Positions 56,829-64,000 of a DNA stretch of 64,000 nt are shown one piece after another (within the stretch, counting starts at the first letter, position 1; each line of letters starts with the position of its first letter). Under the pieces are notes generated by a model. It worked only from the letters and a program-made list of their open reading frames with translations, had not been told where the DNA came from and ran no database searches. This DNA is from an uncultured Chthoniobacteraceae bacterium. GTDB taxonomy: Bacteria > Verrucomicrobiota > Verrucomicrobiia > Chthoniobacterales > DYNR01. The DNA is taken from assembly GCA_964595865.1 (NCBI GenBank), contig CAZQRL010000001.1:260700-324699 (forward strand), written 5' to 3'. The translations under genes were made by a program, and so were the position numbers.

Positions 56829-58163
56829 TCATCGCTGCCCGGGCAGCCCTATCTTTTGCATGCGGGCCATCATCTGCTTCATCGGCCCCATTTTTTTCAT
56901 CATCTTTTTCATCTGCGTGAAGCGCAACAGGAGGTTGTTGACCTCGCTCACGCTGGTGCCACTGCCCCGCGCCACCCGCTGCCGCCGCCGGGCATTGAGA
57001 ATCTCCGGACGCTCACGCTCCTGTGGAGTCATTGAGAGAATAATGGCTTCAATCCGCTTGAGTTGCTTCTCGTCCACGGCCGCACCTTTGATTTTGTCCA
57101 TCCCGGGAATCATGCCAAGAAGACTCTCCAGCGGCCCCATTTTGCGCATCAGCCGGAATTGATCGAGAAAGTCCGCCAAGGTGAAGGAAGCCGTGCGGAG
57201 CTTTTTCTCCAAACGCAGCGCATCCTCCTCGGTGATGGCTTCGGCGGCACGTTCCACCAGCCCAACCACATCTCCCATTCCCAAAATCCGCCCAGCCAGA
57301 CGATCGGGCACAAAAACTTCGAATAGCTCCAACTTTTCTCCCGTCCCCGCAAATTTAATAGGTCGTTGCGTGACCGAACGCAGGGAAAGCGCCGCCCCAC
57401 CCCGGGCGTCCCCATCCATTTTCGTAAGCACGAGCCCCGAAATGCCTAAAGCTCCATGGAAATGTTCCGCCACACTCACCGCCTGCTGCCCCGTCGCCGC
57501 ATCGCAAACCAGCAAGATTTCCTGAGGCGCAATCGCATCCCGCAGGCGCACTAGCTCCTGCACCAAAGGTTCGTCAATTTCTTGTCTTCCGGCAGAGTCA
57601 TAAATCAACACTTGGAGGTTTTGTTCCTCTCCCCAAAGGTCCGCCTGCCTTGCCACCCGCACCACATCTTTTTCCCCGGGTTCTGGTCGGAAAATCGGCA
57701 CGCCCACTTGCTCCGCCAATACGGCAAGTTGATCAATGGCCGCCGGGCGCACCAAGTCGCAGGCCACCAACCCCACTCGCCGACCTTGCTTCTGCAAAAA
57801 TTTCGCCAATTTGCCAGAACTCGTAGTCTTCCCCGCACCATTGAGGCCGACCATCAAGATTCCCGCCCGCCCAGAGCCCAACCGCAGCTCCTCCGCATCT
57901 CCCCCTAACAACGCAGTCAACTCATCGTGGAAAATCTTCACCACCTGTTGCCCGGGCGTCACGCTGCGCAGAACTTCTTCACCAAGGGCCTTATCCTTCA
58001 CTGCCGCGATGAAATCCTTCGCCACTTGGTAGTGCACATCAGCCTCCAGCAAAGCCAGGCGGATCTCCCGCAATGCGGCAGCAATATTGGACTCGCTAAT
58101 GCGCCCCTGCCCCCGCAGATCTTTCAACACCCCTTGAATCTTTTCCGAAAGCTGACTGAACAT
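56829..58163 (-). CDS. ffh: signal recognition particle protein Ffh
   Basis: N domain, G domain (GLNGAGKTTSSGKLA, DSAGR, TKMDGD) and a Met-rich M domain. Confidence 0.95.
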   Translation of the reverse strand: MFSQLSEKIQGVLKDLRGQGRISESNIAAALREIRLALLEADVHYQVAKDFIAAVKDKALGEEVLRSVTPGQQVVKIFHDELTALLGGDAEELRLGSGRAGILMVGLNGAGKTTSSGKLAKFLQKQGRRVGLVACDLVRPAAIDQLAVLAEQVGVPIFRPEPGEKDVVRVARQADLWGEEQNLQVLIYDSAGRQEIDEPLVQELVRLRDAIAPQEILLVCDAATGQQAVSVAEHFHGALGISGLVLTKMDGDARGGAALSLRSVTQRPIKFAGTGEKLELFEVFVPDRLAGRILGMGDVVGLVERAAEAITEEDALRLEKKLRTASFTLADFLDQFRLMRKMGPLESLLGMIPGMDKIKGAAVDEKQLKRIEAIILSMTPQERERPEILNARRRQRVARGSGTSVSEVNNLLLRFTQMKKMMKKMGPMKQMMARMQKIGLPGQR

Positions 58164-58301
58164 AAATTCCCACCATAGTCTGTCCCCCGCCCCGGGGAAA
58201 ATTTTTTTCGTATCCTTCAGCGATCAGATTTGCCCTGGTGGAAGCTCCCCGCGCATCGCTCAAGACTTGAAAAAAAGCAAAAATTTACTACGGATTCCCG
58301 C

Positions 58302-58802
58302 ATGAAACTTTCCTTAATCAAAGCCGTCGCTCTGCCCTTAGCCTTGGTGATCTCCTTTTCTGGCTGCGCCAATCTCACCCCCGGCGAGAACGCCGGTGTG
58401 GCGGCCGGGGTGGCCGGCCTGGCAGTCGGTCTGCCGCTGGCCCTCAGCGGAGTGAGCCCCGCCGTCTCGATCCCCGTCACTGCGGGAGCCGCCGCCGCCG
58501 CCGCCGGAGGCACCTACCTTGTCACCCGCAACCAAGCCACCCGCCGCCAGCGTGATCTTGCCGAGCAGCGCGCCCGCGATTTTGTGGATCGCAGCAACCT
58601 CGCTCAGCGGAAATCCGTGCGCTACATCGCCGTGCGCACCGAAAGTGAGCGGCAACGCAACACTACCCAGGTCATGATTTATGACATCGAAACCGGGCGC
58701 ATCGTGAACAATGTGGTCTATGATATGCGCGATGTCCCCCCTGTCGGTGAAGTCGGGAACTTCGACGGCTTCCGCGCCCTCTACATCGGCACCGGAAGCT
58801 AA
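58302..58802 (+). CDS. lipoprotein, unknown function
   Basis: MKLSLIKAVALPLALVISFSGC is the lipobox. A Gly/Ala-rich hydrophobic stretch is followed by a charged domain. Confidence 0.5.
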   Translation: MKLSLIKAVALPLALVISFSGCANLTPGENAGVAAGVAGLAVGLPLALSGVSPAVSIPVTAGAAAAAAGGTYLVTRNQATRRQRDLAEQRARDFVDRSNLAQRKSVRYIAVRTESERQRNTTQVMIYDIETGRIVNNVVYDMRDVPPVGEVGNFDGFRALYIGTGS

Positions 58803-58915
58803 AAACATCCCAAACCTCCCAGCCGGAGGCCGTTGGCAAACAGCCATGAGACCTTTTTCGCGGGAAAAATAAACTGGCCAAGGGCTCTTCACCATGGGAT
58901 AAGACCCGCTCCTTT

Positions 58916-60064
58916 ATGAAAATTCGTCATCTCCTCGTTCCTGTCTGCGCTGCCTTTGCCTTGTCGGCTTGCGACGCCCCCAAACCTGCTGAAGAAGGCT
59001 CCCCGGCCAAACCAGAAGCCACCCCGCAAGCCTCTCCAGAAGCGGCGGCGGAGGCTTCCCCAGCGGACGAGGCCACTCCTCCGGTGGTTGTTATGGAGGA
59101 AGAGCAAGCCACGACACCCGTGGACTTGCCGGAGGTTGTGGCGGAAATCAATGGGAAGCCCATCACCCGCGAGGAATTTCAAAAGACCCTCAACGAAGTC
59201 TTCGGAGCCATGGGCCTGCAACCTTCCATGCTGCCCGCGGAGCAACAAACCCTCCTCTACCGTCAGTTTATTGAAGATCTGATTACCGACCGTCTCATTG
59301 ATCAGGCCGCAGAAAAGACCGAAGTCACTGACGCGGAAGTGGACGCAGAACTGGCGAAAATCGCCCAGCAATACGGTTCGCAGGAACGCTTGGTGGAGGA
59401 ACTTTCGGCCACCGGGCAGACCATTGACGACTTCAAAACCCGCATGAAGCGCCTGCTTCGCCAACGCAAATGGATGGACTCTCAAACTCCCGAGGCCGCG
59501 GCGGTAACTGATGCCGAGGTGGAAAAATTCTATCAGGAAAACATCTCCGAGTTTGCTCAGCCGGAAGTTGTGCGCGCTAGCCACATCCTCATCCGGGTGG
59601 ATGAAAATGCTGACGAAGCAACCGTCGCTGCCAAGCAGAAACAAGCTGCCGAGCTGGCGGCCAAAGCCAAAGCTGGAGAGGACTTCGCTGCCTTGGCGAC
59701 CGAGTTCTCCGAGGACCCCACCGCCAAACAAAATGCCGGTGACTTGAACTTCTTCCCGAAAGATCGCATGGTTCCGGAGTTCGCCGAAGCGGCTTTCTCT
59801 GCCGAGGTCGGCTCCATCTCCGAACCAGTCCGCACGCAATTCGGTTGGCACGTCATCAAGGTGACCGACAAAAAAGATGCCCAGACGCTGCCTTTGGAGC
59901 AGGTAAAGGCCGACATTGCGGAATACCTAAAAGATAGCCAACAGCAGAAAGCTGTGGAAGCCGTCATTGCCGACTTGCGCTCAAACGCAGACGTGAAGAT
60001 CAATCTGCCGGATGCACCCGCCCCCGCCACGCCAGCGGGTAGTGGCGAAGATGCCGGAAACTAA
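58916..60064 (+). CDS. parvulin-type peptidyl-prolyl isomerase (SurA/PrsA-like) lipoprotein
   Basis: Lipobox ALSAC, a SurA-like N-terminal chaperone region, and the parvulin domain ASHILIRV...FGWHVIKV. Confidence 0.85.
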   Translation: MKIRHLLVPVCAAFALSACDAPKPAEEGSPAKPEATPQASPEAAAEASPADEATPPVVVMEEEQATTPVDLPEVVAEINGKPITREEFQKTLNEVFGAMGLQPSMLPAEQQTLLYRQFIEDLITDRLIDQAAEKTEVTDAEVDAELAKIAQQYGSQERLVEELSATGQTIDDFKTRMKRLLRQRKWMDSQTPEAAAVTDAEVEKFYQENISEFAQPEVVRASHILIRVDENADEATVAAKQKQAAELAAKAKAGEDFAALATEFSEDPTAKQNAGDLNFFPKDRMVPEFAEAAFSAEVGSISEPVRTQFGWHVIKVTDKKDAQTLPLEQVKADIAEYLKDSQQQKAVEAVIADLRSNADVKINLPDAPAPATPAGSGEDAGN

Positions 60065-60905
60065 GACTCCGCGCCCGGTAGGAATTCTCGGGCTGGGCAT
60101 CATCGGTTCCCGAGTGGCCCAGCTCCTCAGTCAAGCCGGACATGAAGTCTGGGTGTGGAACCGCACCCCACGCCCGATTCCTCGGTCAGTTGGCCAGCCA
60201 GCGGACTTGCCTCCCCTTGCTGAAACGCTGTTGATTTTCGTTAAAGACGGGCCGGCTCTGCTCTCCTGTGTGGAGCAGCTTCTCCCGGCCTTGGGGCCGC
60301 GTCACCTCGTCGTTAACCACGCTACCGTCGGACCTCGGGAGGCACGCACCGTCAGCCTACTGCTGGAAAAAACGGGGGCTGGCTTTCTCAACGCCCCTTT
60401 TACCGGCAGTCGGGATGCAGCCGCGGCCGGCGAGTTGGTTTACTACGTTGGTGGAGAGTCAGAGCTACTGGAGCGGGTGCGTTACGTTTTGCAGGTCTCG
60501 GCCCGCGCGATTCTGCCTATTGGGAGCTTGGAGGCTGCGGCCACCATCAAACTAGCGACCAACCTCATGGCCGCATCGATCGTGGCCAGCCTCGCCGAGG
60601 CGTGGAAATTAGCCGAGCACGCGGGAATCTCCGGAGAGACTTTTCGCCAGGCCTTGGAACTCAATGCTGTCCGCTCCGGCACCAGCGACCTTAAAGTCCC
60701 CTGTATCCTGCAAGAGGATTTCGCGCCGCGGTTCTCGCTCGCCAACATGGTCAAAGACATTCGCCTCGCGGCGGCTCTGGCTGAGGAAGCGGGTTTTACC
60801 TCCAAACAAGCTGCGGCGTTCCTGCAAGCTGCGGCACCTGCTTTGGAGCAAGGGCTGGCCGCAGCGGACTTCTCGGTCATTGCCCAGACCGCTGGCAAAG
60901 CCTAA
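60051..60905 (+). CDS. NAD(P)-dependent oxidoreductase, 3-hydroxyisobutyrate/6-phosphogluconate dehydrogenase-like
   Basis: VGILGLGIIGSRVA forms the Rossmann fold, and the HIBADH-like C-terminal helical domain carries the KD..LA motif (MVKDIRLAAAL). Confidence 0.75.
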   Translation: MPETKTPRPVGILGLGIIGSRVAQLLSQAGHEVWVWNRTPRPIPRSVGQPADLPPLAETLLIFVKDGPALLSCVEQLLPALGPRHLVVNHATVGPREARTVSLLLEKTGAGFLNAPFTGSRDAAAAGELVYYVGGESELLERVRYVLQVSARAILPIGSLEAAATIKLATNLMAASIVASLAEAWKLAEHAGISGETFRQALELNAVRSGTSDLKVPCILQEDFAPRFSLANMVKDIRLAAALAEEAGFTSKQAAAFLQAAAPALEQGLAAADFSVIAQTAGKA

Positions 60906-60920
60906 TCTGAACTCTCCGAA

Positions 60921-61856
60921 GTGAACGCCGATCCCTTCCAAGAATGGTGCCAGCGATTGCCCGCTACTGGGGTGGTTTTTGCCTTACCGCCGGAAGCGGA
61001 GATCATCGCCAGCGGCCCGGATGCCTGTCGTTTTCTCAATGGGCAATTGAGCGCTAACATTACTAAGCTGGAGCCCGGTTGGCGGATTCCAGCCTGCCTC
61101 CTCTCCCCCAAAGGAAAGTTGTTGGCTCTCGTCTGGTGCTCGGTCGTGGGCAGGGGATCGGAGCGTCTCTACTCGCTGCGGGTTCCGGCTTCCCTGGCAG
61201 AAGATGCTCTCGCCCGACTCGACCGCTACCTGGTTGCAGATGCGGTGGAGTTGGAATTGCGCTCCGCAGAACCGCTCTGGCACTGGCTCCCCGGCCAGGA
61301 AGTCCCAAGCCTGCCGGGAACCCTGAGGGCTGTTCGCCGATTGCGGCCAGGGCTGGATCTCTCCGCCTCCACCCTGGCTTCGATACCTCCGGAAAGAGCT
61401 CCCGTCCCCCTCATGCCGGAAACATCCGAGTGGCTGCGCGTCGCCACTGGACAACCTGCCCACCCTGAAGAATTGCAGGACCAACCATTTCCCGCCGAGG
61501 TGGGCCTTGATCGCAGTGCCGTTGATTTTCACAAAGGCTGCTACCTCGGCCAAGAAATTGTCTCGCGGCTGGAGAGCGTCGGGCACCCGCGGCATTTGCT
61601 CTGTCGCATCTTGCCCCAGGAACCGCTCGGTATCTCGGCTTGCCAACCTGGCGCCGAACTCTTGGCAGGAGAGCAGATTGCCGGAACTATCACGAGTTGG
61701 GCCACTGCTCCCGAATTACCTCCAATCGGACTGGCTAACTTAAAAGCCGCCTATGCAAACCCGGATACGGAATTGCACTTGCCATCTTCGGCCAGACCCT
61801 TTTCTGCTCTTACCGTCCTCCCTCTGCTGCCCACCTCCGACTTCGGTTTACCATGA
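60921..61856 (+). CDS. ygfZ: folate-binding YgfZ-family protein (aminomethyltransferase-like)
   Basis: The signature is FHKGCYLGQEIVSRL (K-G-C-Y-x-G-Q-E). GTG start. Confidence 0.75.
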   Translation: MNADPFQEWCQRLPATGVVFALPPEAEIIASGPDACRFLNGQLSANITKLEPGWRIPACLLSPKGKLLALVWCSVVGRGSERLYSLRVPASLAEDALARLDRYLVADAVELELRSAEPLWHWLPGQEVPSLPGTLRAVRRLRPGLDLSASTLASIPPERAPVPLMPETSEWLRVATGQPAHPEELQDQPFPAEVGLDRSAVDFHKGCYLGQEIVSRLESVGHPRHLLCRILPQEPLGISACQPGAELLAGEQIAGTITSWATAPELPPIGLANLKAAYANPDTELHLPSSARPFSALTVLPLLPTSDFGLP

Positions 61857-62512
61857 TGACATTCGAAAAAGTCTTCTTCTCACAGACAAAACTCCTCCTC
61901 CTGCTGGTCGGGATCTTGGGATTGCTTCCGGGAATGCCTCGGTCTGCCTCGGCTCAGGGATCTCCCGAATTGGGGCCAGATGTGGTAGTGATGGAAATCA
62001 CGATTGGCCGTTCCCGCGAACGCCAGCGCGTGGTTTTGGGCCTGTATGATTTTGCCGCTCCCCAAACTACCGCGAATTTTAAGGAATTGGTTCAGCGCCG
62101 CTTTTATAATAACATGCGCTTCCACCGGGTCTTTGCCAACACACTCGTGCAAACCGGCGACCCGCGCAGTCGGCGCGGCCAGCGCGAGCTCTCCGGAACC
62201 GGTGGCCCAGGCTACACCTTGCCTGCAGAAATCCGCCTGCCTCACGAAACCGGCAGCATCGCCATGGCCCGCCTCCCCGATCGCATCAATCCCGCCAAGG
62301 CCAGCAACGGCAGTCAGTTCTTTGTTTGCTTGCAACCTCTGCCCGCTCTCAATGGGCACTACACCGTCTTCGGGCGCGTACTCGAGGGCATGGACGTGCT
62401 CACGCGCATCAGCAACACCCGCACTGACAGCAACGATTTTCCTCTGGAAAAAATCGTCATCCGCCGCGTTCGCCTCGAGCCCCGCATCCCGCTCACTGCA
62501 CCACCCGCCTAA
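61853..62512 (+). CDS. cyclophilin-type peptidyl-prolyl isomerase, secreted
   Basis: A signal peptide, then FHRVFANTLVQTGDP, GSIAMAR, SNGSQFFV and HYTVFGRVLEGMDV. Confidence 0.9.
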   Translation: MMTFEKVFFSQTKLLLLLVGILGLLPGMPRSASAQGSPELGPDVVVMEITIGRSRERQRVVLGLYDFAAPQTTANFKELVQRRFYNNMRFHRVFANTLVQTGDPRSRRGQRELSGTGGPGYTLPAEIRLPHETGSIAMARLPDRINPAKASNGSQFFVCLQPLPALNGHYTVFGRVLEGMDVLTRISNTRTDSNDFPLEKIVIRRVRLEPRIPLTAPPA

Positions 62513-62564
62513 TTCCCCATCACCCGCCGAGCCGCATTTTTTCTAGGTTTTTGCAAATCATCCA

Positions 62565-62594
62565 TTGACACTCGGCCTCCCAAGCCGCTAAAAC
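62565..62594 (+). promoter_or_regulatory. candidate sigma70-type promoter of hup
   Basis: TTGACA (62565-62570), an 18-nt spacer, then TAAAAC (62589-62594), about 70 nt upstream of the hup ATG. Confidence 0.4.
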
Positions 62595-62603
62595 ATAGAA
62601 ACT

Positions 62604-62621
62604 GTTGGCAAAGTTGCCAAC
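62604..62621. promoter_or_regulatory. perfect 8-bp-arm palindrome in the hup leader
   Basis: GTTGGCAA-AG-TTGCCAAC lies between the candidate -10 and the hup start. Confidence 0.4.
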
Positions 62622-62663
62622 CCTCACTTCTCCACGAACCTTAACAATCCTATCCAGAACATC

Positions 62664-62942
62664 ATGAACAAAGTCGAACTCGTCGCTTCGGTGCAAAAAA
62701 CCCTCGGGGGTGATATTTCCAAAGCCGAAGCCGAACGCGCCGTCAACGCGGTCATCGAAGGTATTAAAGCCGGCCTAAAAAAAACCAAACAAGTGCAATT
62801 GATCGGTTTTGGCACCTTCAAAGTCGCTGCCCGCAAAGCTCGCAAAGGCATCAATCCAAAAACCGGGGAATCCATTAAAATCAAAGCCTCCAAGTCGGTC
62901 AAATTTGTTGCCGGCAAGGCCCTCAAAGAGTTGGTGAAGTAA
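62664..62942 (+). CDS. hup: HU-family DNA-binding protein
   Basis: MNKVELVASVQK...VQLIGFGTFKVAARKARKGINPKTGESIKIKASKSVKFVAGKALKE. Confidence 0.95.
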   Translation: MNKVELVASVQKTLGGDISKAEAERAVNAVIEGIKAGLKKTKQVQLIGFGTFKVAARKARKGINPKTGESIKIKASKSVKFVAGKALKELVK

Positions 62943-62975
62943 TTTTCTCGTAAATTTCCCTCCCGTATCGAGAAG

Positions 62976-63016
62976 ACCCGCTCTGTCGCAAGGCAGAGCG
63001 GGTTTTCACGTTTTTC
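62976..63016 (+). terminator. rho-independent terminator of hup
   Basis: The stem ACCCGCTCTG / CAGAGCGGGT (10 bp, 8-nt loop) is followed by a TTTCACGTTTTT run. Confidence 0.8.
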
Positions 63017-63069
63017 GGACCGACCGCGCTCACAGATTTCCGGCCGGTGGATGCATCGAACGAGAAGTT

Positions 63070-63465
63070 GAGTCTGGCTGGCTATAAGCCGGATTTTGTT
63101 CCTGGCGCGGCTCTCCAGCCGCACCATTCGATGTTCATTTCTCTAGGCGACTCGACCCGAGGTGTGGAGAAGCCGGTATGTAAACCGACGATCTACCGAC
63201 CGGGCAGGCGACCCGTTCCTCTGTTTGTCTTGCACCGCATGGGGTTTCTCGTGCCCCCTCGATTGCTCTCAGGGCGGTGGGCTTTTACCCCGCCTTTTCA
63301 CCCTTACCCCGCGACTAGCACAGGGCGGTTTGTTTTCTGTGATACTTTCCGGCTTCCTCGCATTACACGGGGAATCCCCTGCTTGCGCAGGGCATGCTGC
63401 CTTGTGGTGTCCGGACTTTCCTCTACGAAGCGAAGCTACGCAGCGAACATCCGCCAGCCAGCGGC
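63070..63465 (-). ncRNA. rnpB: RNase P RNA (bacterial type A)
   Basis: The minus strand carries the universal GAGGAAAGUCCGG (P4 5' strand; plus-strand CCGGACTTTCCTC at 63411-63423). It also has GGGUGAAAAGGCGGGGUAAAAGCCCACCGC and ACAAAAUCCGGCUUAU. P1 pairing is CUGGCUGGC (63461-63453) with GCCAGCCAG (63082-63074). The ends are approximate. Confidence 0.9.
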
Positions 63466-63505
63466 AAATCTTCCATGCCCGATCGCGCGGTGCGAGGGAA
63501 ATTTT

Positions 63506-64000
63506 TTAGGACCCCAGTCGGCTGGTAATTTCTTTGCCGACCCGCTCGAGGAACTCGGGCAAAGCGGCAAGCTCCTCGGAGCTAAAAGGATTGAGCACGT
63601 AATCGGCCCAGCCTTCAGCGGGAACGAGCGCCGCCCGCCCATCCTCTCGCCGCGGCCCAATACCCAGTCGCAAACGCGGAACTTCCAAAGTGCCGAGGCT
63701 CTGCAAGATGCTCAACAACCCGTTATGGCCGCCCGCACTCCCTTGGGCTCTCCAGCGTAAGGTGCCAAATGGAAGGGCAAAATCATCGAGCACCACCAGG
63801 ATGGCTGAAGCGGGGATGCGGTAAAAGTGGGCGACGGCCCGCACCGCTTCTCCGCTGAGATTCATAAAGGTCTGCGGAAGCAGCAACAGGACCTCCCCAA
63901 GACGGGCCAGTCGGCTTTGCCACTTGCGGGAATTTTCCCAAAGCACGCCGTGCCGCCGGGCCAAATCTTCCAAAGCGAGGAACCCGGCATTGTGTCTCGT
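63506..64000 (-). CDS. pth: peptidyl-tRNA hydrolase (5' end beyond the window)
   Basis: The window edge reads TRHNAGFLALEDLARRHG on the minus strand, followed by PQTFMNLSGEAV and GGHNGL. The N-terminus is cut by the window end. Confidence 0.9.
   Translation of the reverse strand, partial: TRHNAGFLALEDLARRHGVLWENSRKWQSRLARLGEVLLLLPQTFMNLSGEAVRAVAHFYRIPASAILVVLDDFALPFGTLRWRAQGSAGGHNGLLSILQSLGTLEVPRLRLGIGPRREDGRAALVPAEGWADYVLNPFSSEELAALPEFLERVGKEITSRLGS

Noticed and set aside
58180-58210. CCCCGCCCCGGGG followed by A4T7 as a terminator.
   Set aside because: No usable loop can form and no gene ends here on the plus strand. More likely it is AT-rich promoter or UP-like sequence between divergent ffh and the lipoprotein gene.
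63047-63760. ORFs 63047..63760(+), 63162..63509(+) and 63436..63660(-) as protein genes.
   Set aside because: The first two lie over the RNase P RNA (GAGGAAAGUCCGG, P1 pairing) and 63047..63760 also runs antisense into pth. 63436..63660(-) is an out-of-frame overlap with pth on the same strand that only clips the rnpB 5' end.

Overview
This is a 64-kb, roughly 60% GC, densely coding bacterial chromosomal segment. I count about 60 protein genes, one tRNA and one RNase P RNA. All family calls come from reading motifs in the translations by eye; no searches were run.

**Housekeeping content**
- rplI-dnaB, rpmG-rpsR, maf, queA, yajQ
- shc-hpnH (hopanoid synthesis)
- an lrp / aminotransferase / peptide-type ABC importer operon
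- secG, panC-nadB-aroE, sufE, glnB, uppP, sucCD
- an OprB-like porin followed by zwf-glk
- glgC, glmS, ffh, two PPIases, ygfZ, hup, rnpB, pth

**Accessory or unusual content**
- A Y-family polymerase + dnaE2 mutagenesis cassette preceded by a TGTTC-N4-GAACA palindrome.
- An arsR-arsC fusion plus acr3, with a 20-bp palindromic operator candidate.
- A badly decayed GH13 gene.
- A decayed, AT-richer RelE/ParE toxin-antitoxin module abutting shc.
- One small IS1595-family (IS1016-like) element between the ABC operon and hpnH.
- A NaChBac/NavAb-type voltage-gated sodium channel.
- A GH-like/GT2/membrane triple fusion.
- A DksA-like protein with a histone-H1-like tail.
- A membrane-anchored pseudokinase.
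- A catalytically dead 5'-nucleotidase-like lipoprotein translationally coupled to a pseudopilin-like protein.

I saw no CRISPR array, rRNA, prophage or recognisable defence system. The palindrome, the pseudopilin type and the hopanoid genes suggest a PVC/Verrucomicrobia-type organism, but that is inference.

**Best candidate for something undescribed:** the 52.1-56.8 kb cluster. It holds a transporter-like membrane domain fused to a hotdog thioesterase, coupled to a secreted GH75-like protein, and sits divergent from a secreted papain-like peptidase. I cannot show from sequence alone that it is novel.

Many ORF-track starts were trimmed to internal starts. These trims are supported by N-terminal family consensus and by 1-4 nt stop/start overlaps (ATGA, GTGA, TTGA, TGATG).
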